Origin: an uncultured delta proteobacterium
GTDB taxonomy: Bacteria; Myxococcota_A; Polyangia; Fen-1088
Assembly (NCBI GenBank): GCA_963796685.1
Contig: CAWCMR010000008.1
Location: forward strand, 128,001 to 192,000
Direction: 5' to 3'
Length of the DNA: 64,000 nt
Shown here: positions 29,077-38,108 of the stretch, one piece after another
Layout: each line of letters begins with the position of its first letter
Position numbering within the stretch: the first letter of the stretch is position 1
Position numbers and translations under genes: made by a program
Notes under the pieces: model-generated
The model's input: only the letters and a program-made list of their open reading frames with translations
Told to the model about the DNA's origin: nothing
The model's database searches: none

Positions 29077-30018
29077 TCAAAGAATTCCCAGGGAGAATCC
29101 GAGCGCGGCGCGCACCTCCCACCCCGGTAGCGGCTCGGCGACATTGGAGATAGAGGACCCCTGCTCGCTGAGCACGCTACGACCCTGCGGCCACGCGATG
29201 GTGTCCAGCCGTACCCACATTTCGTTGCGTTTCCACGGCAGCGCCAGGGTAACCCCGGCATCCACGCCCCACATGACCGAGCTGTCGCTCTGATTCGTCT
29301 GGTAGTCGCTGCCATGGACGAGCAGGACGCCCAAGGCAGGTCCGACGTGCGCACGCAGCAGCCAGCGCTGGCGATAGAGCTCGAAGGTCGCTGAAAAGAC
29401 GATGGTCGGCCGCTGAATGTGGGCCGTGCCCTGACCGATCTTCATCTGCCGGGACGAGGTCATGGAGGCCTCCAGCAGCCAGCCCACGTTCTCGAGCAAG
29501 CCGGGCATCCCGACCGCCGCAAGGAGGCCCGCGCTGGCGCCAAGCCTGTCGCTCAGGCCGAAGACACCAGCGCCCAGCAACGTGTGCGTGCCGATCGACA
29601 GCCGCCGGCCCTCCGCCTCGTCAGATGAATCGGCGTCCCCGGCAGCTTTCGCCTCGTGACGGACCTCGCGCGGCGGAATGCCGGGAGCACGGATGGTTCC
29701 GACCGGCATGGCGTCGAGCCACGCGGCGATGATGAACGCCGCCATTTCGGCGCGCGCCTCGCAATCGCCGGTCACCAAGACCGTGCGCTGGCGGCTCTCT
29801 TCGCCTGGCGTAGAGACCTCGATGCGCATGGAGTCGCCCTCGCTGCGCACCCGTGCCGAGGCGCTCTCCGGGCCGCCTGCCGCCAGAAGACCGAGCAGCT
29901 TCAGGCTGATGGCATCCGAGGAAGGACAATCGGAGTTGCTGGAAACACGCGCGGCGGCAGCCGATTGCGAAGGAATCGCCAGGACCGTCGCGGTCAGCAC
30001 CAGGAGAGCAGCTTTCAT
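29077..30018 (-). CDS. Secreted protein with N-terminal Cys-containing domain and putative C-terminal outer-membrane beta strands
   Basis: Signal peptide MKAALLVLTATVLAIPSQSAAA; SDCPS, GDCEARAE; amphipathic strands ending VRAALGFSLGIL. Confidence 0.72.
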   Translation of the reverse strand: MKAALLVLTATVLAIPSQSAAAARVSSNSDCPSSDAISLKLLGLLAAGGPESASARVRSEGDSMRIEVSTPGEESRQRTVLVTGDCEARAEMAAFIIAAWLDAMPVGTIRAPGIPPREVRHEAKAAGDADSSDEAEGRRLSIGTHTLLGAGVFGLSDRLGASAGLLAAVGMPGLLENVGWLLEASMTSSRQMKIGQGTAHIQRPTIVFSATFELYRQRWLLRAHVGPALGVLLVHGSDYQTNQSDSSVMWGVDAGVTLALPWKRNEMWVRLDTIAWPQGRSVLSEQGSSISNVAEPLPGWEVRAALGFSLGIL

Positions 30019-31370
30019 TTCGTGGGGAAGAATTTCGCGGCCTCGGCCGCGAAACGGCCGTGGGGGTAACTGTCGAGGTAGCGTTCGATATCGGCCATGC
30101 CCGCTTCGCGCTCGCCGCAGCGGAGCCGGGCCACCCCGCGCCCCCACAGCGCGCGTTCGTGCCAGGCGGGCGAGCCCGAGACCAGCGCCAGGGCGTGATC
30201 GAAATCCGTGCTGGCCGCGAGCCAACGATGGACCGCCGCGCGCAGCTCGCCACGAACCACGAAGCGTTCGCCACTGCGCGGTAGCTCGTCGAGAGGCATG
30301 GTGTCCAATCTGGCCAGCGCCTCGCGGTCGCGATGGAGCGCGAGCAGGGCTTCGACTTGGAGGGCGTTGCGCTCGCCCGCAAGACCGCTACGCGGATAGA
30401 CCCTGGCATGCTCCTGTAGCGCGGCAAGGGCCGCAGCGGGATGGTTCTCCGTGCGCAGGTCACGCATGGCCCGGCCAAAGAGGGCCAGGTCGCTCTGCGG
30501 TGGAAGAGGAACGGGAACGACCACGGGCTTGGCGACCGCAACAGAGGGCATCGCCGGTGCCGGCAATCCGGCTGGCGTTGCGAGCACCGCAGGCGCCGCC
30601 ACCACGAACGACGCGGATGGGCTGGCCGGAAAAAGTGGGGATGGCTGGACTCGCGCGGCGGCCGGCTGCGTGGCAACAGGCGCCGCACGAGGAGCGCTCA
30701 ACGGAGCCGCAATCACGGGCGCCGTGCCCACCGGCACAGGCGCCGCGAGCGCAGGCGCGACATACGCCAAGAGCCTTGCTGGCCTTCGCGATGACCTGAC
30801 CGGCGTCTCCACGGCATCGACCGCCGCGCGCTCGAGCCCTACCGGCGCGGGTGGCTCCGCCGTCTCGGGCAGCACGGACCATCCTGCCGTGATCGCCCCG
30901 CCGGGGGGAGACAGCAACGGATCCGGAATCTCCGGCAATACGACCAGGGGCTCGACCGGGGACGCCGCTCCTTCGCTGGCGGCGGTTGTCTCGGGCGCGG
31001 AAAGCCCCCCTTCGCGGACGGCGGGCCGCACCCCATTTCGCCGGCGTTTGTGCGTGTCCTGTTTGGGCTCGGCGGGGCGCGCACTCGGCGCCTTCGTGCC
31101 CAAATCGGGAAGCAAGCCGAGCCGCTCGGCCGTCGCGAAGGCGACACCGCCTACCACCAACATGCCGAGAGCGGCCAGCACCGGCACCAGGCGCGCGCGG
31201 AGGCTCGGAGAGCGGGTTCGAAACAGGGTACGCACGATTCGCCTGCGCACCTGCCTCTTCTGCTCTTGCGAGAGAGCGTCGAGGTCAGCGGCGGCATCCA
31301 GCAGGGGCGCGATCGCTCCGAGATAGCGCTCGCGGAGGCCCTCGGAAGATGCATTCTTCGCGGCCCTCAT
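30015..31370 (-). CDS. Putative anti-sigma factor: single TM, Pro/Ala linker, C-terminal TPR domain
   Basis: Coupled to the ECF sigma; TM VPVLAALGMLVVGGVAFA; TPR ending YLDSYPHGRFAAEA. Confidence 0.75.
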   Translation of the reverse strand: MRAAKNASSEGLRERYLGAIAPLLDAAADLDALSQEQKRQVRRRIVRTLFRTRSPSLRARLVPVLAALGMLVVGGVAFATAERLGLLPDLGTKAPSARPAEPKQDTHKRRRNGVRPAVREGGLSAPETTAASEGAASPVEPLVVLPEIPDPLLSPPGGAITAGWSVLPETAEPPAPVGLERAAVDAVETPVRSSRRPARLLAYVAPALAAPVPVGTAPVIAAPLSAPRAAPVATQPAAARVQPSPLFPASPSASFVVAAPAVLATPAGLPAPAMPSVAVAKPVVVPVPLPPQSDLALFGRAMRDLRTENHPAAALAALQEHARVYPRSGLAGERNALQVEALLALHRDREALARLDTMPLDELPRSGERFVVRGELRAAVHRWLAASTDFDHALALVSGSPAWHERALWGRGVARLRCGEREAGMADIERYLDSYPHGRFAAEAAKFFPTK

Positions 31371-31957
31371 GCCTCGACCCTCCCTTGCAAACCTGTTAGC
31401 CGTTCGAGGAGCATCGCTCGCCCGCGATGGACGCGCACCCAAACCGCATTGGCGGTCAGCCCCAAAAGGTGTCCGACTTCCTCGGCCCCGGTGTTTTCGA
31501 TGTCGCACAGGATGACGGCCGTGCGGTACTTGTCGGGCAGCCAATCCAAGGCGGCGTAGAGCCTTTGCACCCGCTGCCTCTGCTCGACCACCTCGAGCGG
31601 CGTGGGGCTGGGCTGAACGACCGCGAGCTCGTGCGAGCGATGGAGCACATCGAGGCACTGTCTCAGCTTGCGGCGAAACCTCCGCTTGCGGACCACCAGC
31701 TCGGTGATTCGGAACAGCCACGTCGAGACCTTGGCCTCGCCACGAAACTCGCCACGCCGGCGAAGCGCGACCACGAAGACGTCGTGGACCAAGTCCTCGA
31801 CCTCCGCGCCGGGCCCGGCCAGCCGCCTGACCCATCGCTCGACCATCGGCTCGTAGCTCTCGTAGAGATGGTCGAAGAGCAGCTCCGGGTCGGAGGCCTC
31901 CAGCTCGGCCTTGATGGCCGGATGCTCGCCGCTGTCTTGAAGTTGCCCTTTGGACAT
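31367..31957 (-). CDS. ECF RNA polymerase sigma factor
   Basis: VEDLVHDVF, FRGEAKVSTWLFRI, LPDKYRTAVIL, VWVRVHRGR. Confidence 0.93.
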   Translation of the reverse strand: MSKGQLQDSGEHPAIKAELEASDPELLFDHLYESYEPMVERWVRRLAGPGAEVEDLVHDVFVVALRRRGEFRGEAKVSTWLFRITELVVRKRRFRRKLRQCLDVLHRSHELAVVQPSPTPLEVVEQRQRVQRLYAALDWLPDKYRTAVILCDIENTGAEEVGHLLGLTANAVWVRVHRGRAMLLERLTGLQGRVEA

Positions 31958-32156
31958 CCGTCTAGTCTCGTTCCTCGACCCAGGCCGACCTTACGAACTA
32001 TCTGCGCGCTCGCTTCGCAAACCGTGCCCGCGCCAGCGTCGCATGCCGATGCCCGCCAAACGCACTCGGCCATACTATCACGGCGGCGACGATGTAGGCC
32101 GCATCCCCACGCGTGCGCAGCACGTTGGCAGCGATCGCAGCATCGTAAACGAAACG

Positions 32157-35100
32157 ATGGTGTCGCGACGTTTGGCAAGGGCTGGCAAGCTGGCGGGGAC
32201 GGTGCTCGGCATTGCCCTCCTCGCCGCGTGCGTCCTACCGCCGCTCGTGGCGACGCCAGTCGCCCATTGGCTGGTGTCGCACCTGAGCACAGCCCGGTGC
32301 GGCAGCTTTGCCATACGCCGCGCGCACCTCGGCTGGTCGACCGCGTTCCGGTTGATGGCCGGCCGGCCCGTGGTGTTGACGCTGCAGGATGTCGCGATTG
32401 CCTCGCCGTCCGGCGAGCGGGTCTTCGCAGCGGCTCACATCGAGGCGAAGCTCGCCCTGGGCCTCATGCCGCCGCGGATCGAGCGAGCATCGGTGCAGGT
32501 CGCCGACGGCACGTGGCGGTTGGCGATGGAAGGTGCCGACACCGGCCTCGCCAATGCCTTTCGCGCGCTCCCGGCGGAAGGGCGACAGGCCTGTTTGGCA
32601 CCGTCGCGGATCCAGCCACCGAGCGCCCCACCGACCGAGACAACGCCCGTGCACGTCAATCTTCGCGTGGTGAACCTCGACGTGCGCCTGGAGTTCGACA
32701 CCTGGGCGCTCGCCCTCACGCACGTCGCCGCTCTTGGCAGCGTCTCCGTCAACGGCCCGTTGGCGTCGTTCCTCTTCGACGCGCGCGAGATATCCGCTGC
32801 GAGCAGCCGACTGCGCATCGGCGAGCCGCACGGCCATGAAGCGGTGGAGATCCCGTTCGACACGGTCGCGATCACGCGTGTCGGGGTCCTGCCCAGCGCC
32901 CCGACAGACCTGCTGCTGGAGGTTCGCGTGGCGCGCACGGCACGCGCACGGCTCTCCGGCCGCGCGGTGTTCACCGGGCTCTTCCCGCGGCCGGGCCGTG
33001 CTGCGCCCGAGACCGGCATCCGGCTTGATGCGCGCTGGGCGCACTTCGGCGACGTGCTCGGCGCTGCCGAAAGCACGTGGCTGCCGCACGGGCCATGGAC
33101 CAAGCGCTTCGACGGAGAGCTGGCCGCCGCGATGAACGGGCCGTGGAAGGGCCTCCATACGACCGTGTCCTTTCGCGGCCAGCACGGGCAATTGCGAGCC
33201 CAGCTGGGCCCGCGCGGGCGCGGCAGCGTGGCCCTGCACCTCGCCGACGTGGAGACGGGCTGGATGCTCGATCCTGCGCTGCGCCCCTTCCTGACCGGAC
33301 ACTTGGGCGGCAACCTCGACGCCCGGTTCCGACTCGCCGGTACGGTCCGCGACAGCGAGGCCGAGATTGGGTCGGCCGAGCTGCACCTGGATCGGGCAAG
33401 CTCCGCGCCGGGGCCGCGCGTGGTCGAGCTGCGAATCGGCCGCGCAGGCCGCGCCGAGAGCAGCGCGCGCCGCCTGGCAGCGAGCGTCGCCGTCGTCCGC
33501 CTACACGATGGGACGGTGAAGCTGGGTGGCGCGCGCTTTGCCTGGACCGGGATCGCCGGACGGGCCGACGTCGCCATCGCGCTGCCCATGCGGAGCCGGC
33601 GTGGCAGCCGATCCGCGTGGGAGAACCGCTCGGTGATCGACGCGCACGGCAGCGTGCGCGTCGCATCTCCACATCTGTGGAATACGACCTTGCCAGCCAC
33701 GGCGACGCTCCATGTGCTGACCACCGTTCGCGGCACGTTGAAGGCGCTCCAGCTCGGCGTCCAGGCGCGCCCCGCGACCATCGCCGCGTTCGACCAGCGC
33801 TTCCATCTGCCACCCAAGATAGAAGCTCAGTGGTCGGCGGCCGAGGGCTGGCGACTCGAGCCCGTGCGCCTGCGGCGCGACGGCGGCGGCAAGGTCGAGC
33901 TGTCGGGGCGAATCTCGGCGAACGGCGAAGTGGACGGACGCGTGCGCATGCGCGACTATCCGCTCGCGGCCCTGCCTGCACCCGCGCATGCTTCCGCGCT
34001 GCGCGCGCTCGGCGGGACGCTTGACGGCGAGATGGAGCTGGGTGGAGACGTCGCCTCACCCACGGCCGAGGGCCGACTGAGCGTCGAGAACGCCACCGTC
34101 GAGGGACACGCGATCGGGCCGCTGGCGGCCCGGGGACGCCTGGGCCGCAGGCACGGTTTCGTGGTCGCCAAGCTGGGCCCCGCGACGGCGGCGACCGTGT
34201 CCATCGAGCGCCGACCCAGTCTGGCCGTTCGCGCCCGTCTGCGGCTGGACCGCCAACCGGTCAACGCCTGGCTGCCAGCGCCCCTCGGCTCGGTCCCGCT
34301 GCTGGCGTCGGGCACCGCCACGGTGGCGTACCGCCGGGGCAAAGCGGTGCTGGGAACGGGGCGCTTCGAGGTGCGCGGTCCGCACGGCCTCGACCTGCTG
34401 GTTGACGGCAAGAGCCGAAACCGCCAAGTCGAGGGCCGGATACGCGGGAGCTTGGACCTTGCAAGCTGGCAAGGGCTGTTGCGCCCCCACGTCACGCGTG
34501 CGACGGGCACCTTGCACCTCGATGCGCGCGTGGAACGGGGGCCGGGCTTTCCGAGTGTTCACGGCTCCGCGGTCGTGGCCAAGGACGTCGCGCTCGGCCT
34601 GTCGGGTTGGCGCGCACCCCTGACGATCGCCGCTGGCGGAAGCGTTACGCTCGACGGGGATGACGTGACCACGCTCGGGCTCGATGTGCGCGCGGCGGGC
34701 GTACGCGCCCACCTATCCGGGCACGCGCATGTCGAGCGCGACCAGATCGCCGAGACCGAGGTCGGCGTCGCGGTGTCGGCGGATCTCGATACCGCGGCGT
34801 TGCCCTTCGACGTCCCCGGCGTCCGAGCCAGCTCGGGCCATGTGCGCGTCCAGGGCACGGTCGACGGCCCGCTCGCCAGCCCTCGTCTCGACGGACGTGC
34901 CGCCATCGACGACCTGGCCCTGCGCCTTTCCCGCCCGGCGCTGCCGCGCTTGCGCGTCCGCGGCCAGTTGCGTGCGCAAGACTCGACGCTGTCGACCGAA
35001 GGGCTCGCCGCCCAGATCGCCGGCGTCGGAACCCTGCATGTTGGCACGCCGACGACGCCGGCCCATGCCGAGATGCTGTCCCTGATCCCCTTCACGCTCG

Positions 35101-35558
35101 GACGTGTCGACGTTCCGCTCGACGCCGAGCACCTCCGGCTGGGCAGCCGGACGTCCGCCCTTCGCATAGCGGATCTGAGCGCACGCGCGCGCCTGGTCGG
35201 GGACGCGCGAAGCGAGCTGCGGCTGGTCGGCGAGATAACGGTCGCCCACGCCTCCTACGACGTCCGTCGCGGCACTGCGGTACGGACAAAGTCCGAGACT
35301 CCGTGGTTCCATTTGCTGCCACCGCGCCTGACGCTGGATCTCGACGTGCGCGGCGCCAACCACGCCCTTGCCGTGGACGTGCCGTTTCTGCCCGACGTCG
35401 CCGTCGACTTTCATTGTCGTCTGGTCGCGAGCCATCACGGCGCCGATTGGACGGGGGAGGTGAAAGGAGACTCCCTCTACTCCCGCGCGGCCCTCGCAGC
35501 CTACGACTGGCTCAGCAGCAGCGACCTCGCCGGCTGCGGGCTCCCCGCGCGCCGATGA
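32157..35558 (+). CDS. AsmA/TamB-like large beta-taco protein (divergent)
   Basis: N-terminal TM anchor; repeated beta-rich units such as LGGDVASPTAEG and VDGPLASPRLDG; start uncertain. Confidence 0.7.
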   Translation: MVSRRLARAGKLAGTVLGIALLAACVLPPLVATPVAHWLVSHLSTARCGSFAIRRAHLGWSTAFRLMAGRPVVLTLQDVAIASPSGERVFAAAHIEAKLALGLMPPRIERASVQVADGTWRLAMEGADTGLANAFRALPAEGRQACLAPSRIQPPSAPPTETTPVHVNLRVVNLDVRLEFDTWALALTHVAALGSVSVNGPLASFLFDAREISAASSRLRIGEPHGHEAVEIPFDTVAITRVGVLPSAPTDLLLEVRVARTARARLSGRAVFTGLFPRPGRAAPETGIRLDARWAHFGDVLGAAESTWLPHGPWTKRFDGELAAAMNGPWKGLHTTVSFRGQHGQLRAQLGPRGRGSVALHLADVETGWMLDPALRPFLTGHLGGNLDARFRLAGTVRDSEAEIGSAELHLDRASSAPGPRVVELRIGRAGRAESSARRLAASVAVVRLHDGTVKLGGARFAWTGIAGRADVAIALPMRSRRGSRSAWENRSVIDAHGSVRVASPHLWNTTLPATATLHVLTTVRGTLKALQLGVQARPATIAAFDQRFHLPPKIEAQWSAAEGWRLEPVRLRRDGGGKVELSGRISANGEVDGRVRMRDYPLAALPAPAHASALRALGGTLDGEMELGGDVASPTAEGRLSVENATVEGHAIGPLAARGRLGRRHGFVVAKLGPATAATVSIERRPSLAVRARLRLDRQPVNAWLPAPLGSVPLLASGTATVAYRRGKAVLGTGRFEVRGPHGLDLLVDGKSRNRQVEGRIRGSLDLASWQGLLRPHVTRATGTLHLDARVERGPGFPSVHGSAVVAKDVALGLSGWRAPLTIAAGGSVTLDGDDVTTLGLDVRAAGVRAHLSGHAHVERDQIAETEVGVAVSADLDTAALPFDVPGVRASSGHVRVQGTVDGPLASPRLDGRAAIDDLALRLSRPALPRLRVRGQLRAQDSTLSTEGLAAQIAGVGTLHVGTPTTPAHAEMLSLIPFTLGRVDVPLDAEHLRLGSRTSALRIADLSARARLVGDARSELRLVGEITVAHASYDVRRGTAVRTKSETPWFHLLPPRLTLDLDVRGANHALAVDVPFLPDVAVDFHCRLVASHHGADWTGEVKGDSLYSRAALAAYDWLSSSDLAGCGLPARR

Positions 35559-35695
35559 CCCGTCCATGAATTGGACAGGTCGGCGGAAGCCGAGCCAAAG
35601 GCTCGGCCGCAGGTGGGGTGAAGTTCGCGAAATCCGCGAATTCACTTCGCGGACGAGGGGCGGGCCGCGGCCCGCTCCTTTGAAATCTCGCAAGC

Positions 35696-36080
<385 letters not shown>

Positions 36081-36156
36081 GGTGCACAGGTTCGTGACGT
36101 CATCCGGCGGCGGCCCGGACCCTGGCTGCGCGCGCCGCCACAAAGAAGCCGAGACA

Positions 36157-36268
36157 TTTTGCCATGAGGGGCGTTTTGCCATCCCGACAAGCGCTTCGAA
36201 CGTGCGCGGTTCCCTCGGATGACGCTCTCGAACAGCGCGATTTCTTCGGCAAGGCACGCGACTTGCAT
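36157..36268 (+). promoter_or_regulatory. Sigma54 promoter with upstream tandem enhancer-like sites
   Basis: aGGCACgcgacTTGCA with GG at 36253 and GC at 36265 (GG-N10-GC); TTTTGCCAT at 36157 and 36174. Confidence 0.7.
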
Positions 36269-36378
36269 TTACGGGTTACACCCACTGAGGTTCACCTCTT
36301 CCGAGGTGCGCGAGGCCCTTATCGAGAGCCGGCGAGCTCCCTCGGAGGGTGGTGGAAAACATCAATGGAGAAACATCA

Positions 36379-37143
36379 ATGAACGATGGGGGAACGACAA
36401 TGGAAACGGAAACTGTTGGTCAAAACAAAGGCTTATACGAAGACCTATACCGTGAAGGTGGAAGGCAGCGATTATCCTCGCCGACCGCGCTGCGACAGAT
36501 CAAGGAGGTCGCAGCAGGCGGTTCTTCCGCAGGGGCCGTCGCAGGAGTCGGGGCCGGCGTGCTCGCCATCCTCGGTTTGGCGGGAACACTGCCCCTCTAC
36601 ATGATGACGATCGCCATAATCGCGATTGGGGTCGGCTTGGTCGCGGAGGGAATTTCGCTCCGCTCCGCTCTTGTCAAAATCGATCGCCAGATCATCGACG
36701 ACCACAGCCTCGTGGCAGGCTCCTTCGGATTCGAGAGCATGGCGGGCACGGTAGGTATTGTCCTGGGCATATTGTCTCTGCTCGGGCTTTTGCCGGGGAT
36801 TCTGATACCGATTGCCATCATCGGCGTGGGTGGGGCCATGGCGTTCGTGGGTCCGATTCGAGCCGAACTGGACCTCAATGCCCTGGAGACCGGAAAAGTC
36901 AATCAGACGGTTCGGCGCTTGGCCGCCCAAGCCCTCAACACCTCGGGTGGGCTTTGGACCCTGACCGGGCTTGCCGCGGTGACGCTTGGGATTCTCGCTC
37001 TGCTTCACTTCCCGGGTGCGCCCGTACTGGTGCTTGTGGCCCTGCTCGGGCTCGGTAGCGCCCTGTTTCTCGGCGATGTGCTGCTACTCTGCCGCGTAGG
37101 CCTGCTTGGTCGGGTGGCAACAATGACAAGTGTCACCCATTGA
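36379..37143 (+). CDS. Integral membrane protein with three internal Gly-rich helical-hairpin repeats
   Basis: RBS GGAG; repeats VLAILGLAGTLP, VLGILSLLGLLP, TLGILALLHFP. Confidence 0.75.
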   Translation: MNDGGTTMETETVGQNKGLYEDLYREGGRQRLSSPTALRQIKEVAAGGSSAGAVAGVGAGVLAILGLAGTLPLYMMTIAIIAIGVGLVAEGISLRSALVKIDRQIIDDHSLVAGSFGFESMAGTVGIVLGILSLLGLLPGILIPIAIIGVGGAMAFVGPIRAELDLNALETGKVNQTVRRLAAQALNTSGGLWTLTGLAAVTLGILALLHFPGAPVLVLVALLGLGSALFLGDVLLLCRVGLLGRVATMTSVTH

Positions 37144-37322
37144 TTGATGGCAGGAGCTCGATTCTCCGCCCAGAGGCAAGCTCAGATGCCACCAGTCGAT
37201 GCTGCGCAACCGCGCGCGGGAGCTCCGATTCTGCGTCGGAGCTCTCGCGCGCTTGCGGATGCCGCGAGGAACGGTAAATTCCGACTCGTAAGATGCGATT
37301 TCTGGATAGGCGCTGGAGTTTT

Positions 37323-38090
37323 ATGATGACGTTCAATCACCTACTGGTTGCCACACTAGGTGCGTCCCTGTTGCTCGCATCACCAGTTCGCGCCGCACCT
37401 TCTGCCGCGCAGGAAGCACCGGCCACATTGTCGCCGCCGGAAGCGGTGAAGCCCCCGGGCCCCGCGCCGACACAAACGCCCCCGGCCCCGCCTGCCCAGC
37501 CTCCTCCGCCTCCCCTCCAAGAACAGCAACCCCACCCGCCTGCGGCGGTTACGCCGTCCGCACAAAACCCACCGGCCGGACAGTGGGTCTACACCAGCCA
37601 ATATGGATGGGTCTTCATGCCCTATGGCAACCAATACGTGGATGAAGGCACGCCCGACGATCTTTACCCTTACGCTTATGTCTATTACCCCGACTACGGT
37701 TGGACCTGGGTCGCATCACCCTGGCTTTGGGGCTGGGGGCCGTACCCATACTTCGGGCTCATCGGGCCATGGCATTTCCGCTGGTACGAAGGGCTACACC
37801 GCAGCGGTTGGGCTTGGGGGCGCTACCGAGGCGGTGAGCCTCACTTCGGCCACTTCAAAGAGGGACTCCATGCGCGCTGGGGAGGTCTTCCTCGCGGGAG
37901 AGCGCTCGGACATCCCGATGGCCTCGGCCGATTCCGCGCCCAGCCCTTCCGCCGCGAGCCTGGCCCCGCCCTCAGGGGAACGCGCGAAGAGCATCCCCAT
38001 AGCGCCATGGGAGGCGGCTTCCACGGTGCCGGCCTCCATGGCGGTTGTGGCTTCCACGGTGGTGGCGGCTTCCACCGCGGGCGGGGTTAG
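37323..38090 (+). CDS. Secreted Pro-rich / Trp-Tyr-Gly-rich protein with GGGFH tail
   Basis: Signal peptide, Pro-rich linker, GQWVYTSQYGWVFMPYG...YGWTWVASPWLWGWGP, (GGGFH)n. Confidence 0.75.
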   Translation: MMTFNHLLVATLGASLLLASPVRAAPSAAQEAPATLSPPEAVKPPGPAPTQTPPAPPAQPPPPPLQEQQPHPPAAVTPSAQNPPAGQWVYTSQYGWVFMPYGNQYVDEGTPDDLYPYAYVYYPDYGWTWVASPWLWGWGPYPYFGLIGPWHFRWYEGLHRSGWAWGRYRGGEPHFGHFKEGLHARWGGLPRGRALGHPDGLGRFRAQPFRREPGPALRGTREEHPHSAMGGGFHGAGLHGGCGFHGGGGFHRGRG

Positions 38091-38108
38091 CTTGGCCAGG
38101 TGGGTCCG

